Source: Octopus sinensis
Taxonomy: Eukaryota
Direction: 5' to 3'
DNA length: 64,000 nt
Assembly: GCF_006345805.1 (NCBI RefSeq)
Contig: NW_021831843.1
Span: 13,721 to 77,720 of the forward strand
The notes beneath the pieces were generated by a model that saw nothing but the letters and a program-made list of their open reading frames with translations, was not told the origin of the DNA and did not search any database. The stretch's first letter is position 1. Every line of letters starts with the position of its first letter. A program made the position numbers and the translations under genes. This document shows positions 41,095-55,209 of the stretch, piece by piece.

Positions 41095-41302
41095 GAAACT
41101 GCGGCCATGTTGGGGTACCGCCTTGAAGAATTCTTCGTAGAATGAATCGACGCTAGTACATTTGTTTTAAGCTGGGTACTTATTCTATCGAAATCTTTTG
41201 CTAACCCGAGGCAATAGAACAAAACATGCCCAAGCTACCACGCATTGGGACTGAACCCGGAAATATGTGGTTGATAAGCAAGTTTCCTACTACACAGCCA
41301 AG
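41095..41302 (-). mobile_element. SINE family B, internally deleted
   Basis: CTGCGGCCATGTTGGGGTACCGCCTTGAAG (3' part) joined to GGGACTGAACCCGGAA..ACACAGCCA (head). Confidence 0.75.
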
Positions 41303-42613
41303 TTCCAAAATTTAATCAGTAACACAACGGCGCCATGAGTTGATGCTGGACGAACGATATGACCAGATATAACCAACAAGATTTGCTGAATGACTCAAGG
41401 ATGTTAAGTTTCTCCCTAGCCGAAGTGTTTCGTGCACATGTACTATGCTTCCTATGAGAACGACCTTGAATCACTGCTATAGATTCTCAGCTAATAAATA
41501 ATACATAAACACGCTCGTGTGCGTGTATATTGCCTTGTATTAAATATACGTTAACGGAACAATAGTGCTTCTATATGATCAATCGATCTGCCTGAAGAAA
41601 GCAGCAAAACTCTGGTATACAAGCGACTAGGGCATGTGATCCATGCTGATCAAATGCACAAGTCACTTCTTCCTCCTGCTGCACAAGAACTGACTCAGTA
41701 AGCAGGAGAGTCCTGATCTTCTTAGTATTTCTCGGTCACTTATTCACACATATGCACGAAGACTTAGAAGAACATGCACATACACGTATCCCACGTATTG
41801 TTCGTGTATCACTCAGGGTATGATCACACAAAGATACAAACACATGTACACGAAAAGAGAGCGACACACACTTACACACAAATATATTCATATACATACA
41901 CGCACATAGAGCATATGTAGCTACAAACATACAGCATATGTAGCTACACGCATATATATGTATACGCATATATATGTGTGCGCGTGTGTGTATATATACA
42001 TATATTTGCATGCATGTGTATATATATGTATGTATGTATGTATGTATCTATCTATGCATGCACGCATAGACACAGATACTGAATGCGTGTGAGTATATGT
42101 AACTGATTGTCCATAATACTTTTTCTATGTTAGCTGTATTTATTATTTCTAGCAGCGTTAATACTCGTGTGCAGCATGGACATTTATTGAATAGTGCTCT
42201 TTGCTGATTTATCAGCTTATTCCCTCCGTTTCTACCCCACTCTTCATGCTGTTCTGACTTAGATGATCTTTAATCCATAATACAGCATTAGCTTAATAAA
42301 AAACGGATGCCATGCTGAAATAAAAGACTACACAATGGATACAAAACCTAATCAGCCGATGTATACTTTTTATACTTTATTTCCTACTTCGGTTTATATG
42401 TTTAGTTCCGCGTGAAGACTGTTATATACTAAATACATACATAGATACCTAGATACATATATACATACATACGCACACATATATACACATGCACACGTAT
42501 ACACAACCATACATACATAAGACATATATACACCCATATATACATTTATATTTATACATATATACACACACGCACACATATGTGTATATATATGCATATA
42601 TATATATATATAT

Positions 42614-42652
<39 letters not shown>

Positions 42653-43014
42653 TACATAAATATCTATATAGGTAGTTAAGCATCCATATACACGTATATA
42701 CACATACGTAATTGTATAATCGTATATATATATGCATATATACATGCATGTATGTATAAGTATATGGTTACTCATATTATATATATATATATATATATAT
42801 GTAGGTATTTATATGTTTATGTGTATGGTTTATATATCTATTCTTATCCACCTAGCGCATTATCTATATCTGAGTGCATATATATATACACAGATATACA
42901 TACATACATACATACATGCATACATACATACATACATACATACATACATACAAGCAAATTGCGAAGTAGGCAACACAGACAGATACATAACACAACATAT
43001 TCACTTGAGAAGGG

Positions 43015-43554
43015 ATCTGGCTTTCACCGTCAAATGATTTAGATCCGGCGATCTCCTGTTTTTTTTTTTTTTATAAATTACATTTACTTCTCCCGGTACG
43101 TTGCCACCTTCTAGAAATACTAGCAACAACATGTCACGTTCATCTCTGTATCAATACCGTAATGAATTTGAAAGAAGGTTATTAATTCCAGACGAATGGG
43201 GAATAACCAATTATGAAATATGAATATAATATCCAGGTGCGGCTGCGTAGTTAGAGGCTTACTTCCCAACTCTATGGTTTCATGTTCAATCCCACTGCGT
43301 GTACCTTCGATAAGTGTAATGTATAGCCTTGGGCCGACCAAAGCTTTGTAAATTGACTTGCTAGACGGAAACTGAAAGAAGCTCGTTTTATATATATATT
43401 TGTGTGTGTGTGTGTGTGTATGCGTGTGCGTGTGTGTGTGGGAGGTTGTAAGTGTCTTTGTGTCTGTGTTTGTCATCCCATCACTGCTTGATAATTTATA
43501 AAAAAAAAAAAAGGAGATCGCCGTATCTAAATCATTTGACGCTGAAAGCCAGAT
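43015..43554. repeat. ~64-bp inverted repeat pair (43015-43080 / 43492-43554)
   Basis: ATCTGGCTTTCACCGTCAAATGATTTAGATCCGGCGATCTCCTG(T)14ATAAATTA versus TAATTTAT(A)13GGAGATCGCCGTATCTAAATCATTTGACGCTGAAAGCCAGAT; 2 substitutions plus small indels. Confidence 0.95.
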
Positions 43555-43688
43555 AAAGAGACCGACAGAATATATACTAGTCTTAAGACGTAAGTCCTGG
43601 GGCGATTTATTCGACTGAAAATATTTAAGGCGGTGTTCCAGCATGGCCGCAGACTATTGAGTGAAACAAGTACAAGAATAATAGAATA
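43235..43688 (+). mobile_element. SINE family B interrupted by an inverted templated insert
   Basis: Head and core up to CTGCTTGATAA, foreign 43492-43554, then resumes at AAAGAGACCGA...GCATGGCCGCAG. Confidence 0.85.
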
Positions 43689-43949
43689 TGGCTTCTTTTT
43701 GTATTTGCGTGTTTGTATTTTCTTTTCGGCATTCGAAACCAAACGAATTAAATTTAAAATTTTCACAAGCATCTGTTTCGTCAGTGGAATAATCTGAATA
43801 AAAATAGCTGACTGATGAAAGAGGCATAGTAAAGTTTATGGAAACTTTACATTCATCTAGTTTGCTTTTTCCTATTTGATATAAAAATGCTTGTTGTGGG
43901 CCCCTAAAAAAAACCTAGCATGAAGTGTGCACATGTTTCTTTGTGTACA

Positions 43950-44370
43950 CTAAATGTGTATGTTATCAAGCTGTGATATGACGTTTTATATCTTGGTGTG
44001 ATGTACGATGGTACCTTATATTATTGTGATATCATGTATGCTATGCTCCGTCGTGACAGTATATCTATTGTGATGTTTCGATGATGTGCGTATATGGTGG
44101 TGTGTTATAATAATATATGCTGGCAGGATGTAGTGATGATGATAAACACGCTCGATTCCAATGAAATTATATACGTATACAGTTATGCTCAACTTGGTGT
44201 TGTAGTGTGATTACATATATGCTGGCGTACTCTCAAATTATGATTTGTATGATTTAAAGGGTTGATGTGTGATAATTTGGACTTTTGTCTTTCGTGGTGT
44301 AATGTTGTGCAATGTATTTGATAGTGTACTGTTAATCTGATGATGCGTACGCAAGGCATGTTGTGATGTA
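43950..44370. repeat. Decayed TGTGA/TGATG-like short-period repeat
   Basis: Recurrent TGTGAT/GTGATG/TGTTAT words at short spacing. Confidence 0.45.
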
Positions 44371-45014
44371 AGACGCTAGAAATTATATTGCTTCAGCTCC
44401 CTCTTCAAGTAGTCTACGTCTTTGCAGAAGGCAAACCGGTCTGCTTTGCCGAAAGGTACCGACGACAATAATTCATATTTAAAATAAACCGAGATACCAA
44501 CACTCATCTTTACGTCTACTATTCCTGTGTTGAATATAGATTAAAGCCTTACAATACGAAGAAATATAATAACTATAATTATCGAGTTTTGTTAGCATTT
44601 GAAGTTGAGCAGCTAAAACTTTAAATAGATGGCTGTTTTATGCAGAAGCAGATGTAGCAGATATAGTGATATTATATGTGCAATCGTATGAAAGCATGAG
44701 TGTGGACGAATACGTATTAGTATATATGAGTATTTGATTGTGATACACAGATAAAGGGAGATGTCTAGTAGCTATTTAGCATCTTCTAAACTGTGTTAAT
44801 ATCCAATGTAACACGACCTTTTTCACGAGAAAAAAAGTGTAAGATACAAAAGGGAAATAACTGGGAAATCCATTGTATAATTTATTCATTTTAAAAGACT
44901 GATAATTGCCGAGTAATTGATGTTTTATTTTAATGAATAGCTCATAATGAAAAACATATAAATAAATAAATAAAGATTGGAAGATTCAAGATTAGAAGAC
45001 GAAAAAAAAAACTT

Positions 45015-45035
45015 ATAATCATAATAAAACTGAAG

Positions 45036-45081
<46 letters not shown>

Positions 45082-45088
45082 GATGATG

Positions 45089-45125
<37 letters not shown>

Positions 45126-45137
45126 TAAAGCAACAAC

Positions 45138-45199
<62 letters not shown>

Positions 45200-45200
45200 T
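45015..45200. repeat. (ATG)n-(ATA)n compound microsatellite
   Basis: Direct reading. Confidence 0.95.
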
Positions 45201-45831
45201 AAAAACCTTTCAAGCGACCGAAACAAATTACTATTCTAGAATAACAAAAAAATAATTATTATTGAAGAAAAAAATTTAAACAACAACAAAGGAAGGAAAA
45301 CATTGTTTGTTAACAAGGGGAGACCATTAATATGGAGAAAAAGATTTGTTTGACAAAAAAAAAACTAATAAAGAATAAATGATAACAAAACAAGACAATA
45401 AGAAAAACACTACAAAAACATTGAACAATAATAAATAAACAACGCTGATTGTAGTTCTAAATTAGTGACTTTCTGCTGGCAATAATTACAAAAATAAAGC
45501 AATATAAAATAAGGTGTATCGTTTGTTCATTTTAGTTTTTAGAAAGAAAAATGGCGGAAAAACAACGGCAACAGTATTAACAATAACGAAAATAACAAGA
45601 AAAAAATCAGCCGATAGTTGCTGCAGTATTAGAAATGTGTAAAATATGAATGTGATCAATAATCATAATCATAATAGTAATCGTAATTTTGTCCACGGTA
45701 ATATGGCATTAATTGATATTGATAATGGTAATGATGGTGATGGTGATGGTGATAGAGATGAAGGTACGAATAAGAAATAAATATATTACGAAAGATGATA
45801 GCTATGATCATGATGACCCTGTTCATTTGTA

Positions 45832-45868
<37 letters not shown>

Positions 45869-45933
45869 CGCAGCAGCAGTAGTAGCGGTAATCATAAATG
45901 CCATATCATTTGTAATATATATATATATATATA

Positions 45934-45968
<35 letters not shown>

Positions 45969-46658
45969 CATACATAGATATTGGTTTCAAGTGAATTGTA
46001 TGATATATATGCAGTATGTAAGTTCCCACACACATGCACATATACACATATATACACACTCATACACAGACGCACTTATATACGTACGTGCACACACATA
46101 CACACACACGCACACTCACCCGCACTTACACACACACACACACATATATATATATACATATATATATCAATTCAATCCATGAGCATCAGGAGGTTAAATG
46201 TAACCGGTTTCTTCCCTGTCTAGCTCAATGAAGTCTATATACACCCGCAAGATCCATATTAATGTAAATGCTGAACAATATGATGAAGTCAATTAATAGT
46301 GTGTATATCTCTCTGGAATTGGCTTTTCGATTCGAACATAAGGCAGAAGGGAGTTTTGTCTGTGAATTGCGGAATATCGTATACAATGCCTCATCTTTCA
46401 TTGCGTTGCATATCTCAAAGCAGACACAACCTATGTACGTGTGTATGTATGTATGTATATATATATATATATATATAATATAATATATATATATATATAT
46501 ATATAATATATATATATATACATATAATAACATACATATATATATAATATATATATATATATGTATAGATGTATGTACAAATATATAAATACATACATGC
46601 ATATGTGTATGTATGTATATATATATATTTCTATGCATATATATCATATATTCTATGC

Positions 46659-46744
<86 letters not shown>

Positions 46745-47410
46745 TACATGCATACATATACATATTAATATTTATGTATATATACGTGCACTTACCGTAG
46801 CACACACCCAAACAAAGACGCACATATACACATATACATTCATACAGTCATATAAATGTTAAAGACATCAATAACTATTAATGTAATTAGACCATTTTAA
46901 CAATAGATCTAACCTCGTTATAATTCATTTTTTTAGTCACCATATTAATAAATGTTATTTATTGCTACATAATTGTATAAATATTTCTGTACGCAATAAC
47001 GCACAATCCTTGCTAGAGATATGAATATAGTATACATTACAAAGACACATATGCACATGTTTATGTGTATGTGTCCGCGCATGCGTAGATGCATTGGAAG
47101 TCTCTCACAAGATTAACTCTTCGGGTACTTCGTTGTGAATGGATATTTTTCATTGCAAACATTGGAGAAAATGAATATTTGTCTTTTCTTGTTTTCGCAT
47201 GTTTGTTTTGCAAACAAACATACAATCGTACGCAGACACAAGAACAAACACTGACCAAACAGGAACACATATACATGAGTGAGCGCGCGTATGCGCGTGT
47301 TTGTGAGAGTTTGTGTGTGTCTGCGTGTGTTTGTGTAGATCTGCACCTTTAAATACATATATAATGTATACACAGCACTTCAGATAAACACCCACAAACC
47401 TGTATGTATG

Positions 47411-47442
<32 letters not shown>

Positions 47443-47482
47443 TGTATGTATGTATGAGTCATCTATCTATCTATCTATATAT

Positions 47483-47513
<31 letters not shown>

Positions 47514-47574
47514 TGTAATAATGTATGTATGTATGTATGTGTTGTGTGTGTGTATGTATGTGTATATATAGTAA

Positions 47575-47765
47575 ATCCCCAAAATAATAAACACAAAAGA
47601 CATAACAACGCAAGGACGTGGTACATGTAATGTATTAGCAGACTCTCAGGCAAAGAAAGATAGTTTAACGTTTTGAGCAGACGCTCTTCTTCGGAAACAG
47701 AGGAAAGTCCTAAAGAAGGGAAGACTGAGGGAGAAAATTGCCAACGATTCACATGTGGTTATATT
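47575..47765 (-). mobile_element. Short Penelope-like/retrozyme-like element, copy 3 (diverged subfamily)
   Basis: Minus strand has the same order as copies 1-2: hammerhead-like core, CCTGAG.GT..CTAATACA, ACCACGTC.., then microsatellite. Confidence 0.6.
47663..47698 (-). ncRNA. Degenerate minimal type-I hammerhead ribozyme motif
   Basis: Minus strand GTTT-CCGAAGA-A-GAGC-GTCT-GCTC-AAA-ACGT-T-AAAC. Helix I GTTT/AAAC covaries with CTTT/AAAG; core changes U4C and G12A. Confidence 0.55.
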
Positions 47766-47789
47766 TTGAAATGATTTGTGATATATATT

Positions 47790-47935
47790 TTACTTTCCGT
47801 CTACCAAATCCACTCACAAGACTCTGGTCTGCCCGAAGCTATAGTATAAGCCACGTGTCCAAGGTGCTACGCAGTGAGATTGAACCCGGAGCTATGTGGC
47901 TGGGAAGCAAGCTTCTAACCACGCAGCCAGTCCTA
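47790..47935 (-). mobile_element. SINE family B, 5' half
   Basis: TTTCCGTCTACCAAATCCACTCACAAG...GATTGAACCCGGA..AAGCAAGCTTCTAACCACGCAGCC. Confidence 0.85.
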
Positions 47936-49080
47936 TTTATTTATTTATTGTTTCATTATTATCTATTATTTTTCTTTTGGTTTATACACTCCCCATGAAA
48001 TTGTCTCTTCGATTGGAACTCCTGGCTTTCAGCTTCATACAACTCTGCTTTATACTTCTCAGTATTCAATCGCTATGTTGTCTGCTAGCTGGGGCCTGCT
48101 AGAAGAACCGTGCATAACAGCCACATGATTCTATAAAACCATACAGTTTATCCCTTACAGGGTGTATTCTTTTATACACCTTACTCATATGGTGATTCTC
48201 ATCTTTGCATTAATAAGAATAATGAATACATTCTCGAAGTTGACTGCGCGATTTTTAAATGCAAGACCTGGTGCAATATAGTCTTCCTCATAAACACACC
48301 GTGAATGGACCAATAACTAAGGCACACACACATATAAATACCAATAGTTCAAATATTACATGTAGGCAGCGGTATTACATGAACTCAACGGTATTACGTT
48401 AAGTGAACGTCATTGCGTGAAGATAAATATGATGGTTTATCAGATTTATAGTGTAAAATATATTGTATCCAGCCATGAACTCCCTGGTTCCCGAATTTAT
48501 TTGGAGTCTGATATAGGAACTATAATCGAGATTACAATATATAATTACTAAGAATACATTGAAAAAAAAAGAAACAGGCAGGCTAGCCTGTAATATCATA
48601 TTACTTAAGATTTATAGCTTATAATAAAAATGATAATTGTTATTATTATTATTGTATATTATATTATACTGTATTATATTATATTACATTATATTTATAT
48701 TATATTTTAATTATGTTATAGTATATTATATTACATTATATATACATACTGTCACGACATTCACTGTAGCTTGTGAAGCTTGCACTCTAAACGGCATTAA
48801 AATCCGAATAAACTTCAGTTTCGGAGTCTGAATGTTCGAGTCAGAGTGCAGTAAATTCTCTGATGACATACCTAATCATTGGAATATTGGTATATAATAC
48901 TGTATACTGAGCAATAGTATACGATATTGAACCATACTATGCTTCACTATAGAAACCAATGATAGTACCTCTAAATGTGTGCTAAACTGTTAGAAATAGT
49001 TGTTGGTTTTATCAAAAGTACACCACTCTGACTTATAGAACCAAAGGACACATTTTGGACTATGTGGGCCCTAAAATACA

Positions 49081-49112
<32 letters not shown>

Positions 49113-49529
49113 TTGGTTACTACTCCTTTAAGGTAGGATCAACAAAAATGTACTCCATCCAGTGTGAGATGCATAAAAATTAATATACACTGTATTAAAA
49201 AAAGAGCCAATGTTAGAAGAAACCATATGGGCAGAACAAGAAGCTTGATTGTAAACACAAAGCACGTCATAAAAATCTGCTGAACCAAGTGTCTCAATGG
49301 CAAGAAACTATTTCAATACAGTGTATATAACTGGGTATATATACATAGATATACACATATATTTGTATGCATGTATGTATGTATGTGCGTATGTATGTAT
49401 GTACGTACGCATGTATGTATGTATGTATGTATGTATGTATGTATGTATGTATGTATGTATGCATGTATGTAAAGAGTAAGGATAAATATTCACTTCGGTC
49501 ATTAAGGGCAATAGTATTCCACCTACAAA

Positions 49530-49812
49530 TTTACCCATCGAGGCACAAGTCCACACAAGTTTGTTTATGGAAGACCAGCAGTCACCCATGCATACCACCC
49601 TCTCTTCTCCATGCCACTGATGTTAATCAAGGTAGATACAGTTTGGCACCAGCGACGTCGCAAATCATTACTAAAACAGAGCGAACGGGAGAAACGTGAA
49701 ATAAAGCGTTTTGCGCAAGAACACAACACACAGCCCGGTCCAGGAATCGAACTCACAACGTCATGATTCTGACCTCGATGCTCCAGCAAACTGAGCTATG
49801 TGTCTTCACATG
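49530..49812 (-). mobile_element. SINE family C, near full length
   Basis: GTGAAATAAAGCGTTTTGCGCAAGAACACAACACACAGCCCGGTCCAGGAATCGAACTC gives a B-box GAGTTCGATTCC on the minus strand; body extends to ~49530. Confidence 0.75.
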
Positions 49813-49813
49813 T

Positions 49814-49854
<41 letters not shown>

Positions 49855-49941
49855 CATATATATATATGTATGGTATTTATTTATGCGTCTCTCTCTCTCT
49901 CACCCTCTCTCTCTCTCTCTCTCTCTATCTCTCTTATATAT

Positions 49942-49972
<31 letters not shown>

Positions 49973-50709
49973 TACATTACATACATATATACATATTAAT
50001 ATGCATTCTATCAACTGACACATTTTTGCACTCAAACAAGTTGAGACAGAGCAATGGAGAATTGATGCAGGGTTAAAGATCAACAACAAACTATACTATG
50101 TTATTCCATTATATTCTGTTTTACTTCTATTTATAATTAGTAATATTTTTAAAATATTTTTTTAATTAATTAGACGAGAATCATTTTTATTTATTCTTCG
50201 TATTTTCTTTTGGCTATTGCTATTGTCATCGCCGACGTCGACGTTGATGTTGCTGCTGTAGTTTCTGCTGTTGTTGTTGTAATCCATGTTAATTCGTCTT
50301 CTTCGATTAATTTCAATATGGAGTTAAGATCAGATCATTACGAAATCAGCGTAATTAATTTATTATATATTTTTTTTTCTAATTTTTTAATTATTTATTT
50401 ATTTCCGAAAGTGCTTTTTTAAAATTATTTTTTTTAAAATTCCTATGTTATTAATTGTTGTTATTATTGTAATTATTGTTGTTGTTATAGCTATTGTTGT
50501 AATGAGAGAGATGGAGACAGAGAGACACACACACACAGATGAAGCAAAAGAAACGCCATATTCTATTATGCAGCACTGTAGTACAAACAATAAAATAAAA
50601 TAAAAATCTTGTTTACATTATCCGTTTGATAGAGTCTTTGAAAGATAATTCTACAGCCAAAATCTATACCCACTCACCCACCTACACACCTAACACTTCA
50701 CACCTTCGT

Positions 50710-51640
<931 letters not shown>

Positions 51641-51654
51641 TGCCTGTTTTTATG

Positions 51655-51709
<55 letters not shown>

Positions 51710-52109
51710 TGTGTATGCGTGTGTTTTCGTTTCTTGTTTTAGTTCACCTTCTCTCCAATCTAACGTAGTCAAGTGTAATATTATGCTACATTAATTCAAA
51801 TACACAAAAGATGTGTGACTGTGTGATATCAACGCGCTTGGCCAGCTTACTATCACTTTGTCATTTCTTGCACTCCAAATACACTTTGCAAAAAATTTTC
51901 TCTCTTCTCTTTTTTACTTTCTTTCTTCCTTTCCTTTTTTTTCATTTAGTTTTGCTTTCTTTTCTTTTTTTTGAAGAAATGTGATGATGGAGGGATAGAG
52001 GTGGATGGACCGGTTTATTTTTATTTTTACCTATTTTCTTATCAACTTTTAGATGTTTCTTAATATTTTTTTTTCCTTAGCATCGTATTATTTTTGCTTA
52101 CATATTTTT

Positions 52110-52420
52110 AGAGATAATAATAATAATAATAATAATCATCATATATTATTATTATATTATTATTATTATATTATTATTATTATTATTATTATTATCATTA
52201 TTATTATTATTTATTATCATATTATTATTATTATCATCATTATTATCATCAGCAGCATATTTCTTCTCAATAAATATTATTATTATTATCAGCTTTATCA
52301 TTTTTATTGTCATTATTATTATCATTACCTCATTATTATTATTATCATTGTTGCTGCTGCCGCTGCTAGTGTTGTTGTCTCTGTTCTTATTGTTAATATG
52401 ATTGTTGTTGTTATTATATA
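52110..52420. repeat. TAA/TAT/CAT mosaic microsatellite
   Basis: Direct reading. Confidence 0.9.
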
Positions 52421-53247
52421 GGTGTGTGAGCAGGTTCGGGGCTGGTAGTTTGCGACATAACTTTCCTTGAAGCAGAAGACAACACTTTCAACTTTTTCCA
52501 GTCATAAGTAAGCTTAAGATACTCTCTCAGTCTCTCTTTTACACTCACATGTGACAACCATCTTTGTTTCAACATTTATATGTGTATGTATGTTCATATA
52601 TATACACACACACAAACACACACAGACGTACACAGCCACATATATACGCATATATATATATACATACATACAATACATATATATATATACATATATGTGT
52701 ATGTATTTGTACATCCATCATATGTTATTCATGCATTCATTATGAAGTGAAGTAGCAACTACGTTGTTTTAATTTAAACAATATCCTCAAAGCCATAGTC
52801 GCGTCCACGTCATACAAGACCTCTCATGATAACTTCACTTGCTGTTAGGAGTAAAGAGTCAATCGCAGTGACCCACTTCATCTTCAAATCAGTAAAGACA
52901 CTGAAATGGACGCAAATTCATTAATAATAGTTAAAATTATTTTTGCTTCAACACACACACACACAGACACACACAATCACACACACACACACACACATTC
53001 ATATATATAAAACTTGCTCGTATAGATAGAGTAGTAACATCATTCGAAAGCTAAAACAATGCAATGCAACTTTATTCATAAGTAATTATGTTTCTGGGGT
53101 TTTATGTTCTTGCTGGTCTTTCGTCAACAGACACCTTCTCCTATGTCATCGAGAAGCAACTACTGCTCTAAACAAATGTAACCGGAGGGCTGGCTGCCTA
53201 ATGACGTCTTTAACACTAAGCATGCAGGAGCTCTGCGGGGGGACTTT

Positions 53248-53299
<52 letters not shown>

Positions 53300-53338
53300 T
53301 CTGTACACGGCGTGGCGTGGCCGTGTGGTGTGTGTGCT

Positions 53339-53369
<31 letters not shown>

Positions 53370-53809
53370 TATATATAATATATACACGTAGAAGGTTGAA
53401 AAGGAACACATGAGTTGATATATATATATATGGAAAAAAGTCAAGGTAGAAAATGCTAAAATAATTTTTAGAAAATATTTTATTACCAGTTTCAGTCAGA
53501 CTTTTTCAACTGTAAGTATGGAGAACAATTAAATTTTGGAGAGAAAAAAATGAAAAGTATTTTAAAAGAATATTTGCATAGTATTCAAATATATATATAT
53601 ATTTCGTGACCCCCGTGTATGTAACAGCCTGCGTGCTTTTGTGTTTACATAAATGTGTTTCCGGGTAATATTTCACTATAAGTATGACCTTTAAAATGTA
53701 CGCAACAGGAACATCGACTGTCAAAGCCCAAATTCATTGGTATTCTAGATTTCTGCAAAGATTGATAAATGCTGTTGTAAACTTTGCCGAAATAGCTAAA
53801 CCTCCGACG

Positions 53810-53935
53810 AGTGACAGACGATCATATGCTACAAGGGAGTATTGGATTATCTAACGTAGGAAATACTTCTAAGTTGTTTGACTTGTTAGAAATAGCCACC
53901 TATTTTCTTCAAATCATACTCTGCAATCTTAGAAA
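53810..53935 (+). mobile_element. Fragment of a dispersed repeat with TAGAAATAGCAGCC..CTCAAATCA core (related pieces near 18570, 55555, 62850)
   Basis: Variants of TAGAAATAGC(A/C) recur at four places in the window; family identity is uncertain. Confidence 0.4.
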
Positions 53936-54348
53936 TCATATTTTGATTAATGTTGTCCTGGATTCTCTATACGTAAGAAAAATGAAATGGAATAGTCATG
54001 ACTGAAGCGCCTTTGATCAGAGCTAAACTAGGCCTAAGCAACAAAAACAACAATAGTCGCGCGCTGATTTGATTATCGAGTCTGATATTTTTGAACATAC
54101 GTTTATGGTGGTTTCTAGATGTTATTTTTGCTATTGTTTTCGTTTTTAATAGTTTGGTCTAACGGAAGAAGTCGGATCTCTGATCTTCTCAAGCACTCAA
54201 CGACCTTCAAACAGAGGCACTTGATCTTAATGTTATTGATCAATTTAATTTGACAGCTTCAAAAATAAATAGACAAATAAGTAAATAAATAAATCATGGC
54301 AGGAAAAGAAAGAATTACCAAAGATTGATGATCTGAGGAAATAAGAAT

Positions 54349-55209
54349 TAGGCATAGTGGCTTGTAAGTGCAAGGTCAGAAGGGACAGATAGTATGTGGT
54401 TGAAGTGATAATGTGAGTTGAAATAGTAGTACAGACATAGACAGTGGTCTAAGAGGCAACTTAGTTTCGATATACAGAGACCAATGAAGTAATTGTGAAT
54501 GCATGTATGTAACTGCCTGCGTGTTTTTGTGATAGCATAAATGACTATTCAGTAATATAGCGTATTTAGACACAGCGTATTTACTGTGTGCAGTGATGTT
54601 AGGGTGCAATTTGAAGAATATTTGACTAATATATTTAAAATATTATGCAACCTCAGTAGTTCCACTAGCGGTTGGAATTTTCTACTTTGCAGTTACTTGG
54701 TTTATTTCATCCCAGCTTCGTTGAACAAATCAGTGATCAAAGAAAATCCGATTATGGCCGTCCCGTCCTTTTCTTTTTAGGCACAGTGGTTTGTGAGTGC
54801 AAAGTCAGAATCGACAGCAAGTACATGGTTGAAATGAAAATGAGAATCGAGGTAAAAGTACGGACATAGACACTGGTCTAAAAAGCAATTTAGTTCCGAT
54901 ATACAAAGACCAATAAAGTAATTGATCTATGATTAGAGTCATTCCAACCGTGACTACCCAGTCATATAGAGTATTCAGATACAACGTATTTAGAACAACT
55001 TTGTTTAAAGCATTCATTGTGTGCAGAGATATTAGGGTGTAATTTGATGAATATTTCACTAATACATTTAACACATCATGCAGTCTGACAGTGGTTCCTC
55101 TAGCGGTTGGAAGTTTCTATTTTGGCTTATTTCATTGTAGCTTCGTTATCAAAGAAAATCAGTGATCAAAAAAATCTATTTATGACCATCCCGTCCTTTT
55201 GTTATCTAG
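54349..55209. repeat. Diverged direct tandem duplication, 429-bp unit x2, plus a related ~65-bp piece at ~53615-53680
   Basis: TAGGCA(T/C)AGTGG(C/T)TTGT(A/G)AGTGCAA(G/A)GTCAGAA at 54349 and 54778; colinear blocks throughout (GACATAGACA.TGGTCTAA, CTAGCGGTTGGAA, AATCAGTGATCAAA, CCCGTCCTTTT..TAG). Confidence 0.92.
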
